From NCBI GenBank assembly GCA_964270895.1, contig OZ185442.1: 64,000 nucleotides of DNA. One strand, given 5' to 3'. The notes below the pieces were generated by a model, which ran no database searches, had not been told where the DNA came from, and was given only the letters and a program-made list of their open reading frames with translations. Numbering within the stretch: position 1 is the stretch's first letter; each line of letters begins with the position of its first letter. Below are positions 12,075 to 24,690 of this stretch, piece after piece. The translations under genes were made by a program, and so were the position numbers. The DNA is from Podarcis filfolensis (Eukaryota).

Positions 12075-14121
12075 CTCTGGAGACTGTGCTAACTGGAAAT
12101 CCAAATATTGCTTAACCACGAAGTTCACTGGGTGATTGTGGGAACATTGTTTTTCTTTTTCTTGCAGTGTAATCTACCTCACAGGATTATGGCAGGGTTA
12201 AAACCTGATAAACCCATTTATGTGGTTCCTGAGCTGCTTGGATGAAAGGGGGAAGGAAAGAGGGTGAGGTGAAAAGATGATAAACAAAACAAAAAACAAA
12301 AAAAGGAAAAGCAACAATATGAGAAGTGCCCCCAATTTCACCCAAAGCAATTTTTCACCATTACACATATTATAAACAGCTGCATCGCCTGTTTACTGAT
12401 TTGATTTGAAAATGGCTGGCAGCATTGCTGGCAGATTGTACCAATGGCAAACATTGACTGTGGAAGTTCTTGGTTAGTGAGCATCCCAGCTGTTCCATGT
12501 GGAACTATTTTGCTGTTTACTTTGCATATTAATGCTTGGGGTCATTGTTTGAAGAGGGCGCTGTGGTGTGTGAATACTAACAAGCCTATAATCTACTCAA
12601 GGAAAGCATCCCTGGATACCAATGCAGCAACTGCAATGGAAAGAAACACTCTCCTTTGCCTTAGTGAGATCCTGAGAAGAGAACTGGCTGGGGAAGTACA
12701 GACTTGGCCCGAGACCTATCAACAAAAGCAGATGTGATTTTTCACAAGGTGGATCTCAATTATTTCTGGAAATTGCATGGTGAGGAGAGACCCCAGACTG
12801 AAACCCTGGAGAGCTGCTGTCAGTCTAGATGATACTGAACTAGATGGAACAATGGTCTGACTTAGTATAAGCAAAAATGAAACAATAGTAGTACTACTTT
12901 AGAGGCTCGTAAAGGTATTATTACATAAAATGATTGCCAAGAATGATACATTTTATGAAGGTTATGTCAAAAGAAATTTATTAGTCTTTAAGGTGCTAGC
13001 ACTATACCTGTTGATGTTTCCCTACAATTTACAGATTGTTATGAGGCTAAAAAGACTATAAAACACTTTAGCAAATTGAAGTCATGATTTAAAACAGCAA
13101 GATAATTTGAAAATGTATGGATTCCCATGTTAACAACCCTGTGTGGAACCTTTAATACTAACCAATTCAGGCTGCCATCCTGTACTTACTTATCAGGGAG
13201 CAATCCTCATGGAATTCAGTGGGGCTTACTTCTGAGAAATGTAGTTTCTTTGGCATGAAGCCACACTAGAAATGGTGGCAGCAGGGACCTCTTCTGAACC
13301 AAGCTATGATACTTGAATGCTAAGTATGAACAAAACTGCAGTGTTTTAAGTGCCCACTGTTTCTTTGCAAGGGAGGAGGATAGGAAGAGAACCAGAACAG
13401 GGTGGGACTCACACAACCTTTCTCTCGACACCAGGAACCCTGCTGAATCAAAGCAAGACACTTTTCAGTTTAGTGATAAGTATTTTTAAAAGTGTAATGC
13501 TTAAATTCACACAGTATTTTTTGCAAGGGAGGAGGATAGGGAGAAAACCAAAACAACTTGGTCACATCACTGTGACCTTATTGGCTATGCTTCTGTGACC
13601 TCTTAGGAGCCTCACCTACCAAGTCTTGTCTGCACGAACCTCCACTGGTCTGGCCCAAGAGGGATACAAGGCTTCAAGTGAGCAACAGACCTGATGGGAG
13701 GAAGGTGTCTGCTTAGAGGTGTCCAAGGTCCTGAAATTCCAATCTGATACTCAACTGAGACCTTTTATCCCCATTGGGACCCTTCAGATTTTGGTTTTTT
13801 TATATATAATTTTTATTTTCAATGCAGAATCATAACAAAAATTACAAACATTGAATCCAAAATAATACTATACAAACAAAAAAGAACGAAACACACACAC
13901 ATACAAAAGGAAAAAAAGCAGATTTTGCTGGACTACAATACCCATCATCCCTGATTGCTGGCCATGCTAGCTGGAGCTGATGGGAGCAGGAGCCCAACAA
14001 CATCAGGAGGGCCACAGGGTTCCCTTTGACAGCTGTGCTCCTTTAAGAGGCAGTCCTCTGCCCTCGAGGCTTGAAGTCCATTACCTCCCAGTCAGTTCTT
14101 CATTCACACTCTGTATGAGAG

Positions 14122-14433
14122 TAAGGTTGTGCACTGGGGTCCCTGGTCTGATTCAGGGCCTGATCAGGCACTTTGGAATGGTCCCAAACCAACCTGGGAT
14201 GATCTGGGGACAACCTGACCTCAGAACTGATTTGGGGGCCTTGCACAGTGAAGTGGGTGGTGGAGGAGATATGCCTAGGCTGCCTGCACATCTCTCCCTC
14301 CCCTCTCCTCATTATCAAGCCAACCCCATTTTGATAGCCCCAGATTAGTCTGGGTAATCTGAGCTGGGTCAATTCAGGGCTGCCTCAATCTGATCTGCCC
14401 AAACCCTTGTTTGTGATCCAGTGCACAGTCTTA
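14122..14433. mobile_element. MITE with 16-bp imperfect TIR (TAAGGTTGTGCACTGG / CCAGTGCACAGTCTTA)
   Basis: The inverted termini are directly visible (14/16 match) with TAA/TTA ends. Superfamily uncertain. Confidence 0.55.
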
Positions 14434-15799
14434 ATATGAATCAGGTCTCTAGATTGTCTGCATTCTAGGCACTGTAGGCCTCAGCTTCTATCTTCCGTTC
14501 CAGGAAAAATGCCTCCACTGGGATGGAGAACCCACAGACAGCATGGTTGCCTATCTGTCTGGTCTAATCTTTAATTGCCAGTGAATGTTACTCACATCAG
14601 TTCCATAAGTGTCTAATGGGACCAGATAAAAGTCAACTTCCCAAACAGGAGGAAAAGAGACAGAAACAGAGAAACTTGAAATATGTGGTGTTTCATGGCA
14701 AGGTGACAGATCTAAACACAGTGCAAGGTCAACACCTGGATTAGCAATAAAATCATGTCAAAATCTGATCTGGGTGTTGAACAATCTAGAGAGCCTGATT
14801 CATTCTCTGTTTTAAAGAATGGACATTGCTGCGAGGGAAACAACCCAAGTGTTATCAGGATAAAAGCATCCACTTGTCCACAACCCTTCTCTCTCTCCCC
14901 CCCCCCCGTTTTTTTAAAGAAGAGAACATTTCCCAATTTTTCTTTCCCCTCTTCCCCTTTCCTTTTTTTCTTGCAGAAGAAAAATGGACAAGATGAACTG
15001 AAGCCTATTTTATAGCAGCCTGGGGAACGTTTCAAAGATGAGCGCTTCCATAAGCTAATTGGTCCCCATTATCATGAAATTAAAAGGCACCGGGAGAAAG
15101 AAAGAGCCGCTCAAACTTGTCTTTCTTGTATTGTTATTTTTGGAGAGGCACCTTGATTTTTGAATAATTCCAGGGAAGCCAATTTGATGTATGAGGCTGA
15201 CAGCCCTTCTGCTTCCTTGTCAGAAAAGGGCATATCATCGAAAAGTCCAAAGGTGCTAAAAATGACAGAAATGACAGCTGGAAAGCTTGGGACTGCAATG
15301 AAATATTCTGTAGGTAATCTAGAAACAAAACATTATATATATATCCCACCATCTTAACCACGGGGGTGGGGGGGTGGAATGTTCTTAGGAAACTGACACT
15401 GGGTTTTTCCACTTGCAAAGATTTAGTGCAATTGAGCTCTAAGACCAAAAGCAGTAGGTCTGCTTCTATTGGCCAGTGTCTTTGGCCAATTCCTTTTGAC
15501 CTGTCTCATATAAGTTGCCTTACTGAACATGGGAGACAATAACTAGTGTTCAGTTTGTTGAGCAAGGATGATCTCTTGAGGCAACAGAAGAGCAGTGGCA
15601 TCTCATAGGACTGGTACGTTGGAACCTCACATGTTCTGGTTTAGTTTTGGGATGGAGGAGGATTGTGTATGATTTGGGTGGGGTTTTTTTCAGCAGACCA
15701 AGCCAATTCAATGTACCTCAAATTGTGTGCATATTGGAACATCACTTCTTCATCTTGTGTGATGCAGTTTCATCCCTCCCCTCAATAAATAAAAAAAGA

Positions 15800-16010
15800 G
15801 TTATTTTATTTACTGCATATATATCCCAGCCAAGGAGCCCAAGGTGGTCACATTCTTTACTTCCACCCCATTTTACCCTCATGGCAACCCTGTGAGGTAG
15901 GTTTGACTGAGAGACTGTGACTGACCCTCGTTCACCCAGTGAGGATTATTATTTGAATCCAGGCCTCTTAGGTGCTGGTCTAATACTCTAATGCCTGCAC
16001 CACACTAGCT
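15800..16010 (-). mobile_element. old tRNA-derived SINE (Squam3/MIR-like)
   Basis: Similar to 53270-53516: caaccctgtgaggtagg..tgagagactgtgactg..cacccagtgag..gaatccagg..ctggtctaatactcta..caccacact. Confidence 0.6.
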
Positions 16011-16087
16011 CTATGCCACATAAATGTGGTTTTCAAAAAATGCACTGAGTGCGCTCATGACTGAGCACCACCAAAGTTGACACAGTA

Positions 16088-16456
16088 GGGATGCAGGTGG
16101 CGCTGTGGTCTAAACCACTGAGTCTAGGGCTTGCTGATCGGAAGGCTGGCAGTTTGAATCCCTGCGATGGGGTGAGCTCCCATTGCTCAGTCCCAGCTCC
16201 TGCCAACCTAGCAGTTCGAAAGCACGTCAAAGTGCAAGTAGATAAATAGGTACCGCTCCGGCGGGAAGGTAAAAGGCATTTCGACGCGCTGCTCTGGTTT
16301 CGCCAGAAGTGTCTTATTCATGCTGGCCACATGACCCAGAAAAACTGTCTGCTGACAAACATCGGCTCCCTTGGCCAGTAAAGTGAGATGAGCACCGCAA
16401 CCCCAGAGTCGTTTGCGACTAGACTTAACTGTCAGGGGTCCTTTACCTTTACCTTT
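16088..16456 (+). mobile_element. Sauria SINE (Squam1-type), full length, longer variant
   Basis: Head gggatgcaggtggcgctgtggtctaaaccactgag and an (ACCTTT)n tail. Carries the aaaactgtctgc..caaac insert shared with 50086-50454. Confidence 0.93.
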
Positions 16457-16461
16457 TTTAT

Positions 16462-16635
16462 CCTTCACTAAGCCAGAACATTTGGTCCATCTAGCTCAGT
16501 ATTCTATACAGCAACTGGCAGTAGCCCTCCAGGGGTTCAGACAATCATCTTTCTCTTCCTTACCTGGTGATGTCCAGAATAGAACCTGGGGCCTTTTGCA
16601 TGCAAAAGCATTCACTCTACCACTGAGCTATAACA
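16462..16635 (-). mobile_element. tRNA(Ala)-like-headed SINE with CR1-type tail
   Basis: The minus strand reads tatagctcagtggtagag..cttttgcatgcaaaaggccccaggttc...ctgaacccctggag...aatactgagctagatggacc. Confidence 0.65.
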
Positions 16636-19600
16636 TATCTCATGGTGCCATTGGTTAGTTTCTGAGATATTCTGGATCCGGGGTTGAGACCTAACCTGCC
16701 AACTTTTACCCTTGTGATGGGCAGAGTACCAAACCTCTGGATTTTCCCAGTATAAGAAGTATGTCTCTCCTTGCATGATCAACCAAGAGCTTTCTGCTTG
16801 CTAGGTCTATATTTTCTGGCTCTGGGTTATCTAGACCCATTTCAGTCTGCTTTAAGGCTTCTTTTTTGCACCTATACAGCTTTGGTCACCCTTTATCAGG
16901 AGAGAGGCAGGGGAGTAAGTCCCTGTGTGTGCTGGCTGGGCTGATGGGAGTTGTTGTTCCAGACATCTAGAGGATGCCGTGTTGGCAAAGGCTGCTCAAG
17001 AATCAACTAACTCCTGGAACAAGGAGCATTCTGGTTTATGGTGTTAGCATTATAGCATGATTTGCTGGCAGTTCCCTTCCCCATCCATCAGCTCTGCTGC
17101 TGGAGGAAGTGAGGAATGGTTACCTGACCCTGTAGGGTTCCTGGTGCAAATCTTGCAATGTCCTTCTTGGTAGCAGTAGTTTTGGGGAAAATGGGCTGTT
17201 CCTATCTCTTGGGGACCTTTATAAGGAATGAATGAGCACTGCACAGGGCAAGTCTGAAGAAGCTTTGCAGCTATTATTGGCTCCTATGATCTGTATATTT
17301 CTAAATATGACTAGATTCTTGATGGCTTTAAATAACTAATATTCAATCAGTCTGCTAGTTTCTAGCTGTGATAGGTCTCACTTTTAGCACTGCAGAAACT
17401 GGCCGGCTAATTATTTTTATTTTATTTCGCAAAGCATAAGACCTTCCTTTCACTTCCAGGGCGACCCATCATGGCAAATGAGTAGTGCAGCATTTGCTCT
17501 GTGAAATTGCTTTTTGATTTTGTTGCCCATTCAGCTATTGGGGATATAATCAAATATCACTCGAGTACAACAGGAGCCGCAAATTGTTTTGCGTTCAACT
17601 TTGTAACCTTATTTTAAAAGGGGTTGTTGCACCTTGGGTAATTTATTTATTTACTCCTCAATTGGGTTATTGCAAAAAAAAAACAAAAAAAAAAAACTGG
17701 CAACAATTGGTCCGGATAAAGACCTAGCTACTCAATAAGATTGCTAACAGTTTGGGAAGCTGGAAAGGGCCATGGTGACAATCTGGCTTGGGCTTCATGC
17801 ATGACAAGAGTAAGCAGTGATGACAGAGGTTTTTAAAAAGTGTGGCACCGAGAGAAAGGGAGAGTGGCAGGAAAGGGACTTTGCTGCCCACATGATATGA
17901 AAACTGGAAGTCACCCAAAAAGGTAATTGGCATTTACATGAAGGACATCACAAATTTCTTCATACAATGAATCATTTATTTATGGCCATGGTAAGGAACT
18001 CCCCCCCCCCCCAATCAAGGGTCACATCCTTACCATCCATTTAAAACAGCTTATACCACTTTAACAGTCATGGCTTTGGGAACCTTTGGAAGTGTAGCTG
18101 GGGGCTATGATTCCCAGCACCCTCAACCAAGTTCCTTTACCAGGATTATTTGGGGAAAGCCATGCACTTCAAATGTGCTTTAAGTGTGGATATGACCTAG
18201 TGGTATTCTGAGGAAATGCAGGGGGTGTATGTTCGTGACAGGTTGGGTCAAAAACCCTGGCAGGTAGATCAGATCTAAAAGTGGGCAGCACCTGAGTCAG
18301 GATGGGTGGGGCCACACCTTTTATCTCTCCTTCCCTCACCCTCCCTGTACTTTCTCTTTCTGCCACCCTTCTCTCTCTCCCTCTCCAGCCCAAGCTTTCT
18401 CCCCATCCTCCCTCATCCAAGGGGCTTACAGGAGAAACACAGATTGCTCTTGCCAGGGGAATGAAATGATTACTTGCAGAGTGCCCCTCTCTGCCTTCTA
18501 TTGTTCCCTGAGTTTTTGCCTTTACCTTTCCTTCCTCCCTCCTCTCCCTGCAAACTCCTGCACCCCTTGAAATGCATCCAACTAAGTTCCACTTAGCATA
18601 GATCTACTGAGATTAAATCAGTCATGTGCATTTATTATACTCTAAGTATGATTAACACTGGGTAGAACCCTATGAAACCAACTTGGATGGCTTTAAAAGA
18701 GGACTCCACAGTGCAGGAACAATAGCAGAAAATGCACATTTTTTTGTCACCACCCTATGCTGTTCTTCATGGTATGGCACCATGGGTTGAGTTTTCCTAT
18801 ATGTGATCTTACAGGTATACCCAGGGGCAGATGGTCTTTCAGGTAACCTGGCCCTAAGCTGTCTTCTTGAAATGCCTTCCGAGTTCTGCTTGCAAATTTG
18901 CCAGAGGTTTGGCCCAGACAGGAACCTCCAGATTTTCATTTCCTTTAAAGAGGAAACCTCTGCATCTTAGATGATAGTTTGAGATGGGAGATGTCAGGTT
19001 AGGTTCTTCTGAGCAGACTTCAATGCCCATTCCTTATGTGAAGGCCTTCCAAATCACCTCAGTATGCCTTGCTGGCAACTCTACCCGTCGAACGTTGTTG
19101 TGGCTCAAAGCTCTTTGTTGCTGGGGCTGTGGAAATGACATACAGATGCCTTTTCCTGAGTTCCATCGCTGCTCTTCTAACTCTTCCTTTTCACGTCTCT
19201 CAGAGACTGTAAGGCTATTTGACGGGACTTATCTTTTTTTCAAAAATACTGGATGTCAAACTCAATGCATCTTTACATGTCAGCTTCTGTCAAGGCTCTG
19301 GGGCGAGGGGGGGGGGGGAATGGAAGCCAAGTAAACCAGACAGCATAGATCTGCTGTGCATGGCATTTTTTTTAAAAAAAAGGACAAAAATGGCCATCTA
19401 TTTGTTAGGCCATATTTTGTTGTGTTAAAACAGCCTTCACCAACCTGGTATCCTCCAACTCCTAACAGTCCCAGTCAGTGCAGCCACAAGAGTGTAGGAT
19501 AAAAGTGGAGAAATCTGAATGGAAATGAGATTCATCATGAATTTAATGAGACTTTATGGTGCAACCCTATGTGTGCCTTTGTCGAAGTAAGGGTGCATCC

Positions 19601-20789
19601 AGACATGGACAATATTGCATTAGTTTTCCTGACTGTAAAGCTAGCACTTCTTTTCTGTTTTCTAATGGTCCTTTTACTCTGCAGTACCTATTGTGTTATA
19701 GAACTGTGGCGTTTTGAGCAAAATACTGGCATGTCATTCCACAAATTTATTCACATCCAGTGGACGTGGTGTGACATGGCAACCAACTTCTTTGGACAAC
19801 CGTGCTACGCCCCCTCCCTATTCATACATGTATGTTCCTGCTTCCCCATGATTCATCCATTAAAACAGCTGTATGTTGGTATCCCACCCCCAATTTCATC
19901 CCGTTACTCCTGTAATTTTCTGAGTTAATGGGGTTGCACATGAATTTTGTCAGAATGAATTAACATAGAAATGATTGCTAAACATCCGCTATATTCTGCA
20001 AGATTTCCTGAAGTGGCTTTTACATCATGCAAATGCTCAAATTCCCACTGAGTTTGATGGGGCTTACACTCGAGGAAGCAGATGTAGGATTCCAATTTAA
20101 GAGTATGCAGCCGTGTTCTTGGCCCAAGTGAAGACAAACTTTTTCATTCTGAGGGCTGCATGTCAGTGGTGGATATGGCCGGTGTCAAAAGCTGTTGTAC
20201 AGTAGACTATGTTTCAGCAGTTCAAAAGCGAGAAGCTTTCTCTTCTGCCTGCCAAGCAAAAGCAGTTCAATGACAGATTCCAGCCAGGCAAAAGCACTTG
20301 ATGAAGGCATGGAGCAGGGCAGAAGGTGGGCATGGCCTGAGGACAGTCCTGAGAGCTTGACAGAGAAGACTGGAGGATCATATTCATCCCACAGGCCTCA
20401 GTTTCTCCACCCTTGTGACAATCTTGGCCCCTAGGTTAGTTATGAAGCTAATGGTGTTAATAATATGTGTTAATCACTTCATCAGTTGATTTGCATATTA
20501 TGCAAATTGGCCATGCTGGCTGGGACTGATGGGAGTCCACCACCATCTGTTTCCTTCCACATATTTTCAATTGACTTTCACCCCATCAAGCAGCCTCCAC
20601 TGGTATATCTCCATACCTGGCTGGCCTCCTCCTCCACTTGGGTGGACAGAGGTACCTCTAGTGCCAAATATCTACACCACAGACAGAGTTCCTGGAGTTG
20701 GTGCATAAAAGTGCCAGGGAACAGGAATAGGAAGTCTCCAGGCACATAGAAATATATTTATTCAACCATATGCATTTTACATATAGATG

Positions 20790-22880
20790 GGCTGAGATTT
20801 AAGAAGGACATGTATAATAAAAGGAAGAAATGGGAAATCATGAAGGAAAAGTATACATGAGTAGCCAACAGTTGCAGGGAGAAGGTTAGGCAGGCCTAAG
20901 CTCAGAATGAGTTCAGGGTTGCAAGAGAGGTTAAAAATAATTTTAAAAGTTTCTTTATCTGTGTTTGAAGCAAGAGGAAGGTCAAGCAAGTAGTAGGTCC
21001 TCTGTGTGAAGAAGACAGAAAAATGCTATTGGGTGACAGACATAAGGCAGAACTGCTCAATACCTACTTTGCCTGTCTTCACCCAATAGGAAAGCAGTGC
21101 CCAACCTAGTGATAACAGTATAAATAATGCAAGGAGAGAACTACAGCCCAAGATAGGAAAATAAGTTGTAAGGGAACACCTTGCCACTTTATATGACTCA
21201 AATCTCCAGGGCTTGATGAGCTGCACCCAAGGGTACTAAAGGAGATTGTGGATGTAATTTCAGAGTCTCTGTCTATAAACTTTGAGAATTCTTGGAGAAC
21301 CGGTGAGGTCCCTATGAACTGGAGGTGGACAAATATTGTCTCCATGTTCAAAAAGTGGCATGTGGGAAATAACCAGGTAACTACCAACCAATTAGCTTGA
21401 TGCTGATACCAGGAAAGGTGTTAGAACAGATAAACTGTCTGTGAGCACTTAGAAAATTATGCTGTGATTCCTAAGATCCAGCATGGGTTTCTCAAAAAGA
21501 AGTCATGCCAGATAAATCTCATTCTTTTTTATATATAAAGTTACAAACGTGGTGAATCAGGGGAATGCTGTGGATGTAGTGTATCTTGGTTTCATTAAGG
21601 CTTTTGACAGTCTCATGATATTATTGTGGAGAAGCTGGTAAAATGTGAGCAGGACAAGGTAACTGTTAGGTGGATATGCAGCTGGTTAATTGAACCCAAA
21701 GAGTGCTCAGTAATGGCTCATTATCATCCTGGGGGAAAGTGGCAAATGGAGTATCACAGGGTTCTGCCCTGGGCCCATTGTTGTTCAACATCTTTATAAA
21801 TGGCTTAGATGAAGGAATTGAAGAGACGTTCATCCAATTTGCAGGTGACACCAAACTGGGAGGGGTAGCTAATGCCATAGAAGACAGAATCAGGATTCAA
21901 GATTATCTTAACTGGTTGAAAAGCTGGGACCTTACTAACAAAATTACCATTTTTTTGCTCTATAAGACTCACTTTTTCCCTCCTAAAAAGTAAGGGGAAA
22001 TGTGTGTGCGTCTTATGGAGCGAATGCAGGCTGCGCAGCTATCCCAGAAGCCAGAACAGCAAGAGGGATTGCTGCTTTCATTGTTCTGGCTTCTGAGATT
22101 CAGAATATATTTTTTCTTGTTTTCCTCCACCAAAAACTAGGTGTGTCTTGTGGTCTGGTGCGTCTTATAGAGCAAAAAATACGGTGATTTCAACAGGGAC
22201 AAATGTAAGATTCTACACTTAGGCAGGAAGAACCAGTTGCACAAATATAAGATGAGTGATACCAGGCTTGCTAGTAGTACACGTGAAAAGGATCCACATG
22301 TTGAACATGAGTAAACAGTGTGATGATGCAGCAAAAAAAGCTAATGCTATTCTAGGCTGCATCAACAGAAGTATAGTGTCCTGACCAAGGACAGTAATAG
22401 TCTTCCTTTAATCTGCCTTGGCCAGACCACACCTGTACTGTGTACTGGGTCCAGTTATGGGCACCACAACTTAAAAAGAATATTGCCAATTTGGAGCATG
22501 TATGGAGGACAGTGACCGAGATGATCAAGGGTCTGGAAACCAAACTTTATGGCAAATGGCTGAGGAAGTTGGGTAAAAGAGGAGACTAAGATATGAGAGC
22601 CATCTTCAAATGTCTAAAGGGCTTTCACATGGAAGATGCAGCAAGCTAGCTTTCTGCTGCTCCAGAGGGTAGGACCCAAACCAATAGAGTCAAGTTACAA
22701 GAAAGCGGATTCTGACTAAACATCAGGATGCTCTGTGTGATGGTAAGAGTTGATCGACAGTGGAATGGACTCCCTCAGAATGTGTTGGACTCTCCTTCAT
22801 TGGAAGTTTTTAAGCCGAGGTTGGATGGCCATCTATCATGGATGCTTTAGTTGAGATGCCTGCATTGCAGGGGGTTGGGC
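20790..22880 (+). mobile_element. CR1 LINE fragment (ORF2 linker, RT and 3' end), decayed, with nested MITE
   Basis: ORF 21703-21993 reads GVSQGSALGPLLFNIFINGLD...FAGDTKLGG (RT motifs; FADD mutated to FAGD). Upstream is KAELLNTYFA; downstream is CR1 C-terminal and 3' sequence. Confidence 0.92.
21947..22184. mobile_element. Tc1/mariner-type MITE nested in CR1
   Basis: TIRs ccatttttttgctctataagactcac / gtgcgtcttatagagcaaaaaatacgg, flanked by TA and TG (a decayed TA TSD). Removing it rejoins CR1 'aacaaaat..tttcaacagggacaaatgt'. Confidence 0.8.
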
Positions 22881-24690
22881 ATGGATTTAATCTGGAAGTT
22901 GACATAATTTCTATTTATCCTATTGACTCCCATTTCCTTTGGGAGGGGGAATCTTCTGCATGTGTGCATTTGAAATCCCAGCCATGTGTATGATGAAGGC
23001 AAAAGCCGAAAGGTTTAACTCTCTGTTTGAACATTCACTCTGTTTGGAAAAAATGATACACTTGCCATGTGACTGCCTGCCCAATACTTTTTTATAAAAA
23101 AAAGAAGAAAAGTGTGTGTGCACACTTGCTAACCAGGGCAGGGACTGTGATACACAGGGATGATGGTGAAATCTGATTCTTCATGTCACTGAAAATTCCG
23201 AACCATCTACCATTTGTCTCTTAAATCAGTGTGAATCATCCAGTGGATCTAATCAGGCTGGTAGGCTTTCCCATTTGGCCCACAATGCTGTTTTGGCCAA
23301 ACTACTGCTACCTGCCCTACACAGTTGATGTCATCAGGTTTGGGGTAGGTAAAGACCTGGCTGGACCCAAAGAGGGCTTGCAGTCACTTTCTATCTGGCA
23401 ACACCTGCAAAGCCACTTGCACAGTCCTTTGCAAACATTGATGATCAGCTGATTTAGACAAAGTTCAGGCTATACTCTCATGTTGCAAACATATACTCAG
23501 TTCTGTGGTGTCTGTGTGAATGTTTGTGTCTATGAAAGAGGGAGGGAAAGAGAGATCACAGAGCCAGGAATGGAATCTTACTAGAGGATTCTGAGATCCA
23601 AGAGTCTTTTTTCTGCACCACTGAGAAAGTACAAAGCAGTGTAGATATTAGGATTACAAAAAAAAAGTCATTCGGGAAGCTTTAGAGATTATATGATGCT
23701 TAGAATCTACAAACAGCATTTCAACATTGACAAGGGAATTAAAGCCTTTGCTTCATGTGGGTGTCAGCTCAAGATTGATACCAACTTTGATTGGATCTGG
23801 GGAACTCCCCTTTACCATTGATTTGTTATGTACTGTGGACTCCTCTAGAGCTTATGTGCTTCAGCTACCTTCAGGAAAGCATCACAAATTCTTCCCAATT
23901 CAACTTAAGCAAAGACAACATGACTCCTGGTATGTTAGAGATGAAGAAGTTGCATTTCATCCTGTGTACTCTGAGCCTAGAGAAATTTCATATGAAACAT
24001 CTGAGCTCAGGAGGGATGATCTGAAAACTCTGGGGTTTTCCATGCTGAGGTGAGATTGGCTCAGATCACTATTTCACTCTTGCTTTCCCTGTGAAATTTG
24101 TCAGAGGTTTGGCCCGAAAAGGAATTTCTTAATTTGTGCTTTGTGTGAAATATAGAGACGTATCAACTCTTTGAGAATTTCTGCACATCTTTGCAAGACT
24201 CTTTCAGAACAAAGATGATTTAAAATGTCATGTTAAGCAGAATTCAGGAGATCAACTCTAATGAGTCTATGAAAAAGCAGCCAGCCTCTCCACACTGCAT
24301 TTCAAATTGCGTGGCTTTGTCAGTGGGGTGTGGCAAAAAGTTTAACGTTTATGCTTCCACCCTTGTGCAGATAAGGTAAATACCACATTTCTGCTTTCCC
24401 TGGATCCTAGGATGATGTGGCATCCAACCAGGTGAGATAGAAATAAGTCTACCCATTTGATTCTATGACAATAGAGCAACTTCTTTGGATATCCTAAACA
24501 GCAGCACTTAGCTGACCAGCCAAGGCCATTACCTTAACATAGGAACTGATTTGGCTGGTTTCCTCCTTTGAATTCTGTCCTACAAACACAAGATCACAGG
24601 TCTCGAAGGGATGTCAGATGTCATCCAGACTGACCCTGCCACCCCCCCCCCCCAAATTCATAACAATATTATTTTCATCATGGTATAAAC

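Noticed and set aside
19040-19215. Minus-strand open stretch SERREKEELEEQRWNSGKG... with several CpGs
   Set aside because: No polypyrimidine tract, a poor donor, and no protein recognised.
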